Source: Paraspadella gotoi (lineage: Eukaryota; Animalia; Chaetognatha). From it: a stretch of 64,000 bases of DNA. A model generated the notes under the pieces. It ran no database searches. It was not told where the DNA came from and worked only from the letters and a program-made list of their open reading frames with translations. The DNA lies in contig CM119270.1 in the NCBI GenBank assembly GCA_051294375.1, positions 18,201,710 to 18,265,709 on the forward strand, read 5' to 3'. The translations under genes and the position numbers were made by a program. Shown here piece after piece: positions 23,145 to 37,892 of this stretch. Numbering within the stretch: the first letter of the stretch is position 1; every line of letters begins with the position of its first letter.

Positions 23145-26100
23145 TTTAGGTTAATAATTAGGTTAGGGATAAGGAATCGGGATTTAGTTTTATTAAGTAG
23201 GCATTGAGGTTAGTGATTAAAGTATTGAAATCAGGGATCGGGGTTAATGTTGGTGGGGCGGATTCTGCAGAAGGTTAATTTACAAAAAGTCATAAGAAGT
23301 TCACACTCGAGGTAAAACCAGCCAAACCAGATCTTAACGAGAGAGAGGCACACAAGGCGACGCAGAGGCGCGTCAAATGATCATCACATTCTTACACAGC
23401 TTTAATGGCAATTAATAACGCGGTGCTCTAAAAGGCCTGAAATAGAACACGATAAATGAAAATCGGTATCCATAATACAGAGAACGGAAATGTTTATTGA
23501 TAGAGTCTTTAATGAGTTCAAAAGAAAAAGGTCTTTTGATGATCGCGAAAGTCACTCGGTGATTCGCACGAGTTTCGCATCCTAGCATCAACCCTGCGGA
23601 AAAAAAGATAAGACCGAGATATAAAGGTTAAAATCAAATATGAAATTGGTACAACCAATATTAAAATTATCCATTCATTTAATAAATAAGCTCATCTTGC
23701 CCCTGACTTTGAGAGTTTAAGGCCTCCATCACTCTTACAAGATAATGACAATTGCAAGCTTTCAATCAAGACTCTGCTCACAGTCTCGTTTATTCACTCC
23801 CAGAGTACCTGGCTTCCCTATCAATGAATTGGGATATGACTATTTCAAAAATGTTTCAATTGTTATGAAAAAGACCACTCCCTTAAGTATTAGATAGAGG
23901 CAATACTTATTGTACTCCGCACTAGCATCAAAATACAAAGAGCTGAATTTTATAAAAATTGGTACAATTAAAATTTAAATTTAAAATCAAATTTAAGTGT
24001 TAGGAATCTAACGCTCTCCAATCTCTAATCTCTTAACTAATCTCTTAATCCTAATCTATATCCTAATCCTATAGATCGTAGTATTTATATTACAGTTACT
24101 AAGTATTGTTATATACGCCATCGATGTTCGCATCCTTTTTCCTCTTTTATCGAATCACGAACCGCCCCCCCCCACCCCCCCCCAACAAAAAAAAGCTTCT
24201 TTCCTCTTCCAACAAAAAATCGGTCTGAAATCACTTTTTCCGCCACAGGAGGTCGCGGAGAGGAAGGGAGGCGGGAGTGGGGGTGTAGAGGGGGGGCTAG
24301 AGGAGGGGTGTTAAGGTCTTAAGGGGGTGAAGAGGGCTGTTGAGAGGGTGGAGAGGGGCTGGTGAGGGGCGGGACGGGGATTTAGTGGGGGGAAGAGGGA
24401 TACTATGGGGTGGAGAGGGATGTTGAGGGGGTAGAGGGAAATGTTGATGACTTAAAGATGGGTGTTAACGGGTGTTTCGGGGAGTAGACATAGGGTGTTA
24501 AGGGGATATCGGGTGTTGGAGATTGGAGAAGGGTGTCGAGGAGACAAAGGTGGGGGTGTCGAGGGGCTGATACGTAAGGGGAATGAAATGGGGGGTGCTC
24601 AAGCGCCGCCGGACCACCAAAGGTCGGGCCCTCTTTTCTCGGGGCCATTTGGAACCGTGACTCGTAATCCGCTGGGCGTTTTATTCCATCCCCGGGTCGC
24701 AGCTTCCAATCCCTTTTCATTTCATTTCTTTTCCGCGGATGGGATACGATGGCGACGGATGGCATCCGATGGCATTTAATGGCATCCGAGGGCATTTAAT
24801 GTCATCCGCTGGCATCTGATGGCGGCAGAAATAGCAGCAATGAAATTTTATGCCATATTTCGGTCTAGCCGATGGCATTTATCCGTGTAATCTCTTTTTT
24901 TTTATGCTTTAGTTTAGCCATTTTTTTTTTCGTCCATTTATGGGCCATTTCTGTTGCCCGGCGATAAGTTTCGCTCGTTATTGCGTTTGGCTCCTGACTC
25001 CGTCGGAGATTTGGCCTGTAATTAGTTGGCCTGATAAACAAAGGAATTAGAAATAAAAAAATGATTTTAATCGCATTGAAAATTAAATAGTGAGACGAGT
25101 TATTAAACGGATATAAAAATTTAAAAATTAAAATCCGGAAAAAAAAATATTGAAAAGAAAAAAATGGAAAATCTAAACAAGAAATAAGGGGAAAAAATGA
25201 AACCTCGCTACCCAATGACGTCATACACCGGTCCGCCGCAGGCGCCGCCGAGATGCCGCCGCCGCCGCCGCCGGTCAAAAGGCAGATTTTTTTTTATCAA
25301 AGGCTGCGGCTTGAGGAAAGGANNNNNNNNNNTTTAGGTTTAATAATTAGGTTAGGGGTTAAGGATCGGGATTTAGTTTTAATTAAGTTAGGGATTGAGG
25401 TTAGTGATTAAGTATTGAAATCAGGGATCGGGGTTAACCCTGGGAAAAAAGATAAGACCGAGATATAAAGAGTTAAAATCAAATGAAATCGGTACAACCA
25501 ATATTAAAATTATCCATTCATTTAATAAATAAGCTATCTTGCCCCTGACTTTGGAAGTTTAAGGCCTCCATCACTCTTACAAGATAATGACAATGCAAGC
25601 TTTTAATCAAGACTCTCTCACAGTCTCGTTTATTCACTCCCAGAGTACCTGGCTTCCCTATCAATGAATTGGTATGATATTTCAAAGAATGTTTCAATTG
25701 TATGAAAAGACCACTCCCTTAAGTATTAGATAGAGGAATACTTATTGTACTCCGCACTAGCATCAAAATACAAAGAGCTGAATTTTATAAAATTGGTACA
25801 ATTAAAATTTAAATTTAAAATCAAATTTAAGTGTTAGGAATCTAACGCTCTCCAATCTCTAATCTCTTAACCTAATCTCTTAATCCTAATCTATATCCTA
25901 ATCCCTATAGATCGTAGTATTTATATTACAGTTACTAAGTATAGTTATATACGCCATCGATGTCGCATCCTTTTTCCTCTTTTATCGAATCACGAACCGC
26001 CCCCCCCGAAATTTGAGATGATTGGTTGCACATTAGAGGAGATATCGTAGATGTATACTGCAGATGGGATAGTTCTCGAGGGGCAGCAACACGTGTCCCG

Positions 26101-28575
26101 ATAACATTGGTTAAGAACAAGGCAAAAAATGGTGCCATGAAAATTTTTGAGTGCTAAAATCTCTCTTTATTTGACCTTTGAATGTAAAGACGGACTAAGT
26201 GAAAGCTTGCGAAACTCTGATGCTCTGGTCAGCTTTTTCCCGTACTACAGAACTTGAGCCTGGAGTAAGAGAGTTCACGATAAATAAATTGAGAACTTTC
26301 GGGGGAACAATCTTAAGACCGGTCGAATAAAGAAAAGAGAAAATATAAATTAAACAATTTTCAAATGAAAGTTGCATCACTTTTGGTGGGTCATTTTCAC
26401 CGTCACACGACATAAAATAAGATATGAGGGAAAAGTAGAGTGAGGTAAAATCCGGGTACCTGATCTGGGTGTAAAAAAAATGAATAGAACTAATAGGAGG
26501 GGGCTATGCGCGATTTTTTTGGGACGTAACTCATGAAGAATAATGTGCGGACAAGGGCATGAGGCCCAGTGAGGGAAATAGGTGGCCACAGGAAACCAAA
26601 CCTCAAAACGCATTAAATAAAGAAAACAAAATTTTTCCTAAAAATTGAAGCATTCTGTATCTAATAGCCATACGAGTCGCATCCTTACACTCTCATTATA
26701 AATCAGAACCGCCCCCCTCTCCTATAGCTGCCCACCCCGCAACAAAAAAAAGCTCTTTCCTCTTCAACGAAAATCGTCTGAAAATCACTTTTTCCGCCAC
26801 AGGAGGTCGCGGGAGAGGGAGGCGGGAGTGGGGCGTGTAGAGGGGGGCTAGAAGAGGGGTGTTAAGGTTCTTAAGGGGGTGAAGAGAGGGCTGTTGACAG
26901 AGGGTGGAGAGGGGCTGGTGAGGGGGCGGACGGGGATTTAGTGGGGGAAGAGGGATACTATGGGGTGGAGAGGGATTTGAGGGGGTAAGAGGGAAATGTT
27001 TTGATGACTTAAAGATGGGTGTTAACGGGTGTTTCGGAGAGATAGACATAGGGTGTTAAGGGGATATCGGTGGTTGGAGATTGGAGAAGGGTGTCGAGGA
27101 GACAAAGGTGGGGGTGTCGAGGGCTGTATACGTAAGGGGAATGAAATGGGGGGTGCTCAAGCGCCCGCGGGACCACCAAAGGTCGGGCCCACTCGTTTTT
27201 CCGGGCCATTTGCGAACCGTGACTCGTAATCCGGCTGGGCGCGTTTTATTCATCCCCGGGTGCGAGCTTCCAATCCCTTTTCATTTCATTTCTTTTCCGC
27301 GGATGGATACGACTGCGACGCATGGCATCCGATGAGCATTTAAGGCATCCGAGGCATCTTATATGTCATCCGCGTGCGATCTGATGGCGGCAGAAATAGC
27401 GCAATGAAATTTTTATGCCATATTTCGGTCTAGCCGATGGCATTTATTCCGTGTAATCTCTTTTTTATTATGCTTTATGTTCCATTTTTGTTTTCGTCCA
27501 TTTATGGGCCATTTCTGTTGCCCCGGCGATAAGTTTCCGCTCGTTATTGCGCGTTTGGCTCCTGACTCCGTCGGAGATTTTGGCCCTGTAAATTAGTTGG
27601 CCTGATAAAACAAAGGAATTAGAAATAAAAAATGATTTTAATCGCATTGAAAATTAAATAGTGAGACGAGTTATTAAACGGATATAAAAAATTTAAAAAT
27701 TAAAATCCGGAAAGAAACACTTAACAAGTTAGATAGTTTCGATTAGAATCGCTCGGAAATCGATGAGAAGATACTGAATAATCATCAAAATAGGATGGCA
27801 TTCGTAGTGGAAGATAAAGGTAGGATCAGTGGTGACAGAATGCATCATACTAATACACCAGTCGTAGGTCGCTCACACTTGTAGCGCGAAACTCAGATAA
27901 TGAGTGAAAGTTATACTTGTAATGGCGGGATCAGGTCGGAAGAGGGATGATTGATAACTGAGGTTAAGTGGGGAAAAGAAGAATGAAACCCTCGCTACCC
28001 GCAGGCCGCGACGCAATGTAAGCTGTCATGACAACCTGGTCCGGCAGCCCCGACCGCACACAAGGCGCCGGCCGAGATGGCCTGCGCCGCGTGNNNNNNN
28101 NNNNNNNNNNNNNNNNNNCATCGCCCCCCCAACAAAAAAGACTCTTTCCTCTTTCAACGAAAATCGTCTGAAAATCACTTTTTACCGCCACAGGAGGTCG
28201 CGGGAGAGGGAGGAGGCGGGAGTGGGGGTGTAGAGGGGAGGCTAGAGAAGAGGGTGTTAAGGTCTTAAGGGGTGAAGAGGGGCTGTTGAGAAGGGTGGAG
28301 AGGGGCTGGTGAGGGGGCGGACGGGGATTTAGTGGGGGAAGAGGGATACTATGGGGTGGAGGAGGGATGTGTGAGGGGGTAAGAGGGAAATGTTGATCGA
28401 CTTAAAAGATGGGTGTTAACGGGGGTGTTTCGGAGGAGTAAGACATAGGGTGTATAAAGGGGATATCCGGTGTTGGAGGATTGGACGAAGGGTGTCGAGG
28501 AGACTAAAAGGTGGGGGTGTGGCCGCCGCCGCCGGTCAAAAGGGAGATTTTTTTTTATCAAAGGCTTCGGCTTGA
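23145..28575. repeat. Repeated blocks: 23145-24170 partly recopied at 25333-26005; 24170-25320 partly recopied at 26680-27710 and 28119-28575
   Basis: Shared sequence such as AAATCGTCTGAAAATCACTTTTT..GCCACAGGAGGTCGCGG occurs three times. The copies differ mainly by single-base indels and adjoin 11-N and 25-N gaps. Confidence 0.85.
23640..23970 (-). repeat. Inverted copy of the ~315 bp dispersed repeat (second copy at ~25485-25800)
   Basis: AAATTGGTACAACC..AAAATTATCCATTCATTT..CCCTGACTTT..AAGGCCTCCATCACTCTTACAAGA is the reverse complement of 8320-8432. Confidence 0.8.
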
Positions 28576-29376
28576 GGAAAGGAGCGTTGGGTGAGGAAAG
28601 GGAGAAGTTTAGCGATTTGATGAGTGAGTGGACACGAAGAAAAGATTAAAGTAAAGCGACTGGGCGTTGAGAGAATCGGGAAGGAGAAATATCCTTTGGT
28701 ACTCAAATGTTACTCGGTCACTGTATGTAAGTCATTAACGGTGACACGGACCACAGTGAGAATTTTGACCGAAGCCAAAGTCGAGGTCGAAGTGAGAGCG
28801 AAGTGATTTTCTCCCGAAAAGAGTGGAACCCATTTTTGTTGCAAGTTCCATTTTTATTGGTGACTCAATGATTCGGGAAGTTAGTGGTCAGTCGTGGTTA
28901 TGATGTCCTGGGGGGTTAGTGGTCAGTTAGTGGTCAGTCGTGGTTATGATGTCCGGGGGGGGGGGTTCAAAGTTCGTGTTTTTTCTGTGGTCGTTGTTGC
29001 GTCCGCGTCTGGCTCGCAATATCCACGCCTCCTTTGCCTCCAAAGAAAATCTCCATCGTGAAGAATAAAAAAACCCGGATGTTGAGCTTAAATCAACGAA
29101 GGCCGGATATTCAACGAGGCGGCGACATCGATGAAACAACAACCAAAAAGAATATTTATTAAAACAATATACGTGGATGTTGGTTCGTAGATTTAGCCAA
29201 AAAAAAACTAAAGCAAAACCGTCTTCAACTGCAGAATCTGCGGATGCAAGAGGATCTCACCAAGAGAAAATGTGAGAGGGATGGACGCCTTCACCCAGAA
29301 TATCCTGTCCAAAGTCAAGGGCAAGATATTTATTGAATGAATGTAAAGAGTTTATATTGTATGTACCAATTTAATA

Positions 29377-29600
29377 GACTATTTCGCTGACGGAAAATGT
29401 TAGGAAAACGATTTCATTTTAAGCAAATGTGAGTGAGATTATTTCACTAATAGCAAATGAGAAACCGTTTCAGCTTCAACAAATGTTAAAAAGACTATTT
29501 TACCAACAGGAAAAGTAAGAGAGACTATTTTACTAACCGGAAAAGAGAGAGGAAACTATTTTACCAACAGCAAAAGTCACTAAAAGACTATTTTACCAAA
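29377..29600. repeat. ~30 bp degenerate minisatellite, ~8 copies
   Basis: Unit ~GACTATTTTACCAACAGGAAAAGTAAGAGA. It begins immediately after a fragment (29304-29372) of the dispersed ~315 bp repeat. Confidence 0.75.
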
Positions 29601-30398
29601 AGAGAAGAAAAAGAAGAAGGGAGGAAATATATTATATCTGGTGGGAGAGAAAAAAAAATGTCGGGGAAAAAAAAAAAGTTTCGAGGGAAAAATCTGTGAC
29701 GTCATTGAAGATCGATCGACTCAGAGCCAAAAGCAGGAAGAGTGGGAAGGACAGTAAGAAATGGAGGAGGGAGGGGAGGAAGGAGAAGAAGGAGAGGAGG
29801 GAGGAGAATGCGGCAGACGGGGCGGAGAGGATACGAGAGAGATTGAAAGAAGGAGGAGACGAGGGAGAGGAGGGGAGGGAGGAGAGAGAAAAATAAGACG
29901 GACGGAAAGGAGGAGGGAGGGAGAAGAGGAAGAATACGGGCAAGAGAAAAAGGGGGAGGGATGCGCGCGATAAGAGGATGAAATAAGAAAAAGCAGCCAA
30001 AGGAGAGGGAGCGAAAACGATGAGATAACTGCGGGGAAGTAGAAAGGGGAGGGAGATATAGAAAAAGAAAAAACTGGAACTTGGCTAACAAGACTCGGTC
30101 CTTAAGTTCTTGTCGTTGTTATCCTCGTGATTGTTGCCAAGTGGGTGTCTTTGTGGTTGTTGCCCTGTGGTTGTCTTGTCGTTGTCTTCGTGGTTGTCGG
30201 CCTCCGGTTGTCATTGCAATTGTCTTTGCGTTATTTTCTCTGTGGTTGTCTTCGTGGTCGCATCGGGAATTTGATATTCTCGAGACGAAATTCGCTCGTT
30301 AAAAGTTTCCGGTGTTGTTGTTATAGTTATTGTTGTTGTTGTTATAGTTCTGCTCCAGAATCTCGACACCGAGGATGTTTTACTGTTGTTTTTCCATG

Positions 30399-30429
<31 letters not shown>

Positions 30430-31159
30430 TCGTCGTCGNNNNNNNNNNNNNNNNNNNNNNNNNNNNNNNNNNNNNNNNNNNNNNNNNNNNNNNNNNNNNN
30501 NTAGTTTTTGTTTTTTTGACGACAAATAAATGTGAGATTTTTTTTTTCTTCTCTCTATCATAACTTGTTGGTGACGTCGTTCCAGAAACTCGTAAATCTC
30601 CAAGGTTGAAAGTTGTTGTTTTCATTGTCTTCCCTATAAATCTCGGAGAAAAAGGGACGTCTTCGTCGTCGTCGCCGTCAGGTTTCGTCCGGAATCGATT
30701 CTTTCCTCTGTTCTACAGACACGTCGTTGGACTGATAGACGGACAGACAGACAAATGAATGAACAGACGGTGTTAAACCAGGTCTTACTCTCTTTCTTCT
30801 CTCTCTCTCTCTCTCTCNNNNNNNNNNNNNNNNNNNNNNNNNNNNNNNNNNNNNNNNNNNNNNNNNNNNNNNNNNNNNNNNNNNNNNNNNNNNNNNNNNN
30901 NNNNNNNNNNNNNNNNNNNNNNNNNNNNNNNNNNNNNNNNNNNNCTCTCTCTCTCTCTCTCGTTAAATATTAAGTATTAAATATTTAATATCGAAAAATC
31001 GATGGTTCCGTATCTCAAGTCGCTGAAGCCAACGACTGTAAATGACGTAAGACCTCCAAGGTTTTTCGTGGAGATTGCTCTCCCTGAGGTACTTGCTCTA
31101 CTTTTAGATTCTTCTTTTCTTGTCTACAGTTTTTTTACAATCGCTTTTAAATTTATAGC

Positions 31160-31262
31160 AGATGCTTTACAAAATGCTTTAAAATGCTTTAAAATGCTTT
31201 AAATTGCTTTAAAATGCTTTAAAATGCTTTAAACTGCTTTTAAATGCTTTATAATTCTTTAA
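31160..31262. repeat. 10 bp tandem repeat (AAAATGCTTT)n, ~9 copies
   Basis: Direct reading. Confidence 0.9.
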
Positions 31263-31478
31263 AAAAGCCTACCAGCGGTCAAACCGAAGGCCTTTTTTTT
31301 CATTTCCTCCTTGATTCGCGGTTTTTACGTAAGAGAAACGGAATGTTGTTGTTGTTGTTGTTGCTGTAATAGGTTTTGGTCTTTGTTGTTGTCGTCGTTG
31401 TCGTCGTTGTTATTATCGCTCCCGTGTTTGCTTTTTCGCGCACCGGTGGTTCCCTTTTTTCGCTTGCTCTCCTAACCG

Positions 31479-31589
<111 letters not shown>

Positions 31590-32122
31590 TTTAACTTATT
31601 TTAGCTCACGACTCTTTCTCACATTTTTACTCCCTCTTCCTCCTTCCTTCTCTCTCTCCTTTCCTCTCTCCCCCTTCCCCTTTTCCCTCTCTCCCTCTCT
31701 CTCTCTCTCCCCCTCTCTCTCAACCTCTCTCTCCCACCGCCAACCGGAAATTCCATTTGTTTTTCCTCAGGTTTTCGCGTTTCCCTTTGACTTTGAGCCG
31801 AAGTCAAGAAAACTGGAATGAGGAGGAAAATGAAAAAAAAATGGGAAGAAATGAAAAAATGAAAAATGAGTCGAAAAATATAAACAAAAATCATAAAATA
31901 AAAAAAATAGAAATAGAAATAAAAAAAAAGAAACAAAAAGAAATATTTAAAAAAAGTAATTAAAAAATAAGAGAAAATTTAAACGAACAAATTTAAAAGA
32001 TTAAAATCAAAAAGAAACATAACAAAGCAAAAAAAATGTAAAAATTCACTTACATTAAAAAATGAATATTAAATTTAAACGAGACTCGGCGAGACTCAGC
32101 GATTTCCACGTGGTATTATCGC

Positions 32123-32202
32123 TTGAGAACCCGCACGGGTTGTTTGCAGCCGCTCGGGCTGTTGAGAACCCGCACGGGTTGTTTGCAGCCACTCGGGCTG
32201 TT
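32123..32202. repeat. 39 bp direct duplication with internal hairpin
   Basis: TTGAGAACCCGCACGGGTTGTTTGCAGCC(G/A)CTCGGGCTG x2 with one mismatch. AACCCG-CA-CGGGTT is a near-palindrome. Confidence 0.9.
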
Positions 32203-33514
32203 AGAGGAGGCTTTTCATTTCGTCCCACGAGATTCGTTTCTCTTTTCATCAAAAATGAAATTTGATGAAATTCGTCGTCGTCTTTTTTTGATTAGAATCA
32301 TAGGGAAAAGACTTTCTTTTCTTTTCTTTTCTTTTCTTTTCCTTTCCTTTCCTTTCCTTTCCTTTCCTTTCCTTTCCTTTCCTTTCCTTTCCTTTCCTTT
32401 CCTTTCTTTTCTTTTCTTTTCTTTTCTTTTCTTTTTCATAGCTAATCTCTTCTTCTTTTTTTTGCTTTTTTTTTTCTTATTTTTATCTCGCTTTTTTTTC
32501 CTTTTAACCTTTTTTTATATTTTATCTTTAATTTTTCTTCCTTTTGTTTTCTCAACCTTTGCTTTTCTTTTTTATTTCTGCTTTTCTGTTTACACGAAGA
32601 TCTTTTGTTTGCTCGAATCTTTTCTCTCGTTTGACTATTTTTATTTTCCATCTTTTGTTTTTTTGCGGATTTAATTTCTTTTATGAATTTAAGAAAATAA
32701 CATANNNNNNNNNNNNNNNNNNNNNNNNNNNNNNNNNNNNNNNNNNNNNNNNNNNNNNNNNNNNNNNNNNNNNNNNNNNNNNNNNNNNNNNNNNNNNNNN
32801 NNNNNNNNNNNNNNNNNNNNNNNNNNNNNNNNNNNNNNNNNNNNNNNNNNNNNNNNNNNNNNNNNNNNNNNNNNNNNNNNNNNNNNNNNNNNNNNNNNNN
32901 NNNNNNNNNNNNNNNNNNNNNNNNNNNNNNNNNNNNNNNNNNNNNNNNNNNNNNNNNNNNNNNNNNCACAATCCCGAACCTTACCGTTTTTCTTTTCTTC
33001 TCTCAAGTTTCCTCTGACCCTAAATGACCCGTGGTTTTTCATCTCTCGTCTCTGACCCGACTTACTCACCCTTCCNNNNNNNNNNNNNNNNNNNNNNNNN
33101 NNNNNNNNNNNNNNNNNNNNNNNNNNNNNNNNNNNNNNNNNNNNNNNNNNNNNNNNNNNNNNNNNNNNNNNNNNNNNNNNNNNNNNNNNNNNNNNNNNNN
33201 NNNNNNNNNNNNNNNNNNNNNNNNNNNNNNNNNNNNNNNNNNNNNNNNNNNNNNNNNNNNNNNACGACTTCTGCTGCCGCCGCTGCAGCCGCTTTCGACG
33301 TCTTTGTCGTAGCCAGAAGACAGAAGAGGCTTTTTGGGATGTTAAGCCTCTCGCTTAACTGAAATTGTCGTCGTCGTCGTCGTCGTCAGTCGTCGTCGTT
33401 TTCGTCGTCGTCATCGTCGTCTGTTTTTCTGCTGTTTTTGATTCGAAGAAAACAACATCATTGATGACGAGGACGACGACAACGACGACTAAAAATCAAC
33501 AACAAAGACGACAA

Positions 33515-33547
<33 letters not shown>

Positions 33548-35047
33548 GGCTGATTGCGATTTACAACAGAATCGACGCCAATCGTTGACGATGACGGGTA
33601 AGACGACGACGACGACGACGAAGATGATGATGATGACGACGACGACCACGACCACGACGACGACGTCGACGAAGACGAAGACGACGACGACCACGACGAA
33701 GAAGACGACGACGAAGACGACGACGACGAAGATGATGATGACGACGGGATTAATCGCCTTTGACTTACTTTCGATGATTTTTGATCAAAAACCTTTTTTT
33801 CGGAGAGGAGGAGGAAGAGGAGGAAGAGGAGGAAGAGGATGAGGAGGAAGAGAAGGAGTATCTCTCTCTCTCTCTTTATCTCCCTCTGTTTCTTTTTTTC
33901 CCCTCAATTTCGATTTCAATTCGTTCCTTATTAGATTTTTTTTTCTTGTTTTTTCTTGTTTTTTTTTTCTGTTTTCCGTTTTGTTTTTGTTTCCTTCTTT
34001 TTCTCTTCTTTTCTCTCCTTTCCTCTCCCGTTGGTGTTGACTCTTCGCTGAATCAGTCGTCATCGTCTGAACATCTCAACGTCAGCGACGATTCCTTTTA
34101 ATGAAGTTAAAAGCTCTAAGCATCAAACGCCTTTAGACTTAGGACTTTAGACTTTAGACTTTAGACTCAAGAATTTGGACCTGAGACTTTNNNNNNNNNN
34201 NNNNNNNNNNNNNNNNNNNNNNNNNNNNNNNNNNNNNNNNNNNNNNNNNNNNNNNNNNNNNNNNNNNNNNNNNNNNNNNNNNNNNNNNNNNNNNNNNNNN
34301 NNNNNNNNNNNNNNNNNNNNNNNNNNNNNNNNNNNNNNNNNNNNNNNNNNNNNNNNNNNNNNNNNNNNNNNNNNNNNNNNNNNNNNNNNNNNNNNNNNNN
34401 NNNNNNNNNNNNNNNNNNNNNNNNNNNNNNNNNNNNNNNNNNNNNNNNNNNNNNNNNNNNNNNNNNNNNNNNNTGGCAAGGATGGCCGGACTTTAAATGG
34501 CAGATCGGGAGAGGAGGAAAAGGAGGAGGGAGGAAAGGAGGAAAGGAGGAGGAAAGAGGAAAGGGAGGATGAGGAAGAGGGAGGAAAGGAGGAGGAAAGG
34601 AGGAAAGGGAGGATTAGGAAGAGGAAATGGGAGGAAGGAGGAAAGGGGAGGAAAGAAGTAACGATAGGAAGGAGAGGAAAGAGGAAGAAGGAGGAAAGCG
34701 AGGATGAGTAAGGGGAGGAAATGAGGAAAGAGAAAAGAGGAAACAAAAGACAAAAACGGAGTTGTGGAAGAAAAAGAATGAAATGAAGAAGAGAAATATG
34801 AAAAAATGGCAGTTTAATGTAATCTATAACCTATAGCCTAACCTAAATTCCTAACTAAATCACTAACCCTAATCCCTAACCTAAAAAAAAACAAAAGGGA
34901 AAAAAATGGAAGAGGAGAAAAAAAGGAGAAAAGAAAAAAAGAAAGGAAGACGAAGGCGGATCATCTCCCGGTCTAAGTAGAAGAAAACGTAGAAAGGGAG
35001 GAATTGATTTCTAAGAAAAAGTAGAGAAAAAAAGGGGAAAAAGGGAA

Positions 35048-35050
35048 GGA

Positions 35051-35130
<80 letters not shown>

Positions 35131-35203
35131 AATCAAGAAAGAAACAAATAAATCAAGAAATCAAGAAATCAAGAAAGAAATCAGGAAGAAAGAAAGAAAT
35201 CAA

Positions 35204-35280
<77 letters not shown>

Positions 35281-35281
35281 C
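35048..35281. repeat. (GAAA)n microsatellites (others at ~44190-44265 and 58750-58830)
   Basis: Direct reading. Confidence 0.95.
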
Positions 35282-36339
35282 AAAAAGAAAAAGTAAAGAA
35301 AGAAACGAGAAGAATGAAGATTCAAACCGAACTATTTGGACGAATGAGATGAAAAGCCAAAAAAATCGAAGACATGAAAAACGAAATGAGAGAAGGAAGA
35401 AAAAGAAATAAGAAAAAAAGAGCAATCGACGGACGAATGGACAGACATACAGACAATTGGATCGGGGAGATTTCTTATACATCTCGCGTTTTTAAATGAC
35501 AAAAAAAGTAAATTACAATTAATTATTACAGAAACACAAAGAAAGTTGGACAGACTGACAGAAAGATAGACAGACAGCCAGAGAGAGAACCACTTATAGT
35601 TAACCAGACCAACCAGACAGATAGCCAGACAGATCGACATTTATAACGAGATGGAGGTATTTACCGACAGACAGACAGACAGACATACCGACAGACAACC
35701 ATAAAGACAAGTGGACAATCTCTTAGACCGCCTGCTNNNNNNNNNNNNNNNNNNNNNNNNNNNNNNNNNNNNNNNNNNNNNNNNNNNNNNNNNNNNNNNN
35801 NNNNNNNNNNNNNNNNNNNNNNNNNNNNNNNNNNNNNNNNNNNNNNNNNNNNNNNNNNNNNNNNNNNNNNNNNNNNNNNNNNNNNNNNNNNNNNNNNNNN
35901 NNNNNNNNNNNNNNNNNNNNNNNNNNNNNNNNNNNNNNNNNNNNNNNNNNNNNNNNNNNNNNNNNNNNNNNNNNNNNNNNNNNNNNNNNNNNNNNNNNNN
36001 NNNNNNNNNNNNNNNNNNNNNNNNNNNNNNNNNNNNNNNNNNNNNNNNNNNNNNNNNNNNNNNNNNNNNNNNNNNNNNNNNNNNNNNNNNNNNNNNNNNN
36101 NNNNNNNNNNNNNNNNNNNNNNNNNNNNNNNNNNNNNNNNNNNNNNNNNNNNNNNNNNNNNNNNNNNNNNNNNNNNNNNNNNNNNNNNNNNNNNNNNNNN
36201 NNNNNNNNNNNNNNNNNNNNNAAGGTAATACTATAACATCTCTTCTCGATTTTCAAAGTAGTACAGCTCTTTCTTCCTCTCGTCTCTGCTCTCTCTGTTA
36301 CTCTCTCACTCTCTCTCTCTCTCTCTCTCTCTAGCTCTC

Positions 36340-36388
<49 letters not shown>

Positions 36389-37754
36389 ACTGTCTCATCC
36401 CATAAGTCGTTTGTTCCCATTCATCGAAAAACGCAGAAACCGATTCTCAACATTTTTTTTTCGCCTCCTCAGCTTTTAGATCTTCTTTATATCGTCGTTT
36501 TTAAGGTCGTCGTTGTCGTCGTCATTATCGTCGTCGTTATCGTCTTATTATTTTGTTTTTTATCGTTCGAATCGTTGTCTTATTGTGCCCACAAGATGAA
36601 ACAGTAGATAGCGAAATGAAACGAATAACGAAAGAATTGATGCTTTGTGACATTGATGTACTTTACATTTTACCTTTTTGTATTTCACTTTTCTTTTCTT
36701 TTCTTTTCTTTTCTTTTCTTTTCTTTTCTTTTCTTTTCTTTTCTTTTCTTTTCTTTTCTTTTCTTTTCTTTTCTTTTTTTCTTTTCTTTTCTTTTCTTTT
36801 TCCTTCCTCTTTCATCTCCTCTTATCTTATTCTTCCTATTCCTCACCTCCTTAATTTTCCTCCCTCTTTCCTCCTTTTCTACTCGTCTTAAATCCATGTT
36901 TTTAACTTTTTATTCCATTTCCCAATTTTCCCGATTCTCCTTTTCTCCTCCTAATTCCAACTCTTGTTTTTCCCCTTACCATCCTACGCCACATACTTCC
37001 CCTCATCCTCCCTTCCCTTCCTCCCTTCCCCCTTTCTTTTATTCCTCTCATTCTTTCCCCTTTTCCTCCCTTCCCCTTCCCCCATTTCCCCCTTTCCCCC
37101 TTTCTCTCGTTATTCCTCCTTTTACCTCCTTTCCACCTTCCTCCCTTCCCCCTTCCTATTATTCCTCCCATTCTTCCCCCCTTTTCCTCCCTTCCACCAT
37201 TCCTCCCTTTTTCCACCCCCCCTTCCTCCCTTTCCCCCTCCCTCTTTCCTATCATTCTTCCCCTTTTCCTTCCTTTCCTCCCTTCCTCCATTTCCTCTTA
37301 TTCCCCCATTCCTTCCCTTTTCCTCGCCCCTTCCTCTCTTCCCCTTATTCCTCCCATTCTTCCCCCTTTTTCCTCCCTTCCTCCCTTCCTCCCTTTCCTC
37401 TTTTTTCCCATATTCTTACCCCATTATTTTCCCTTCCTCCCTTCCTCCTTCTTCTCTTCCTCTCGTTGGTCATATCTCAGCCAAAAAGCAATTTGTTTCG
37501 GCCTCGTTAGTTTCTATGGACGATTCCACCGAGATGCCAAACAGATGCCGAGGAGATGCCGAAGAGATGCCGTGCGGATGCCGACCGGATGCTGAGGAGA
37601 TGCCAAGGGATCTCAGACCAGATGCGGCCGGTCAACGTCCGATATCAACAGATGCCAGGAGCTATTGAGCGTCAACCAAGGATGGCGGGCAAATCTTGAG
37701 AAAGATGCCGGGCGCGTTTTAATTTTATTTATCGGAGATTATCAGTATGTCTCA

Positions 37755-37892
<138 letters not shown>

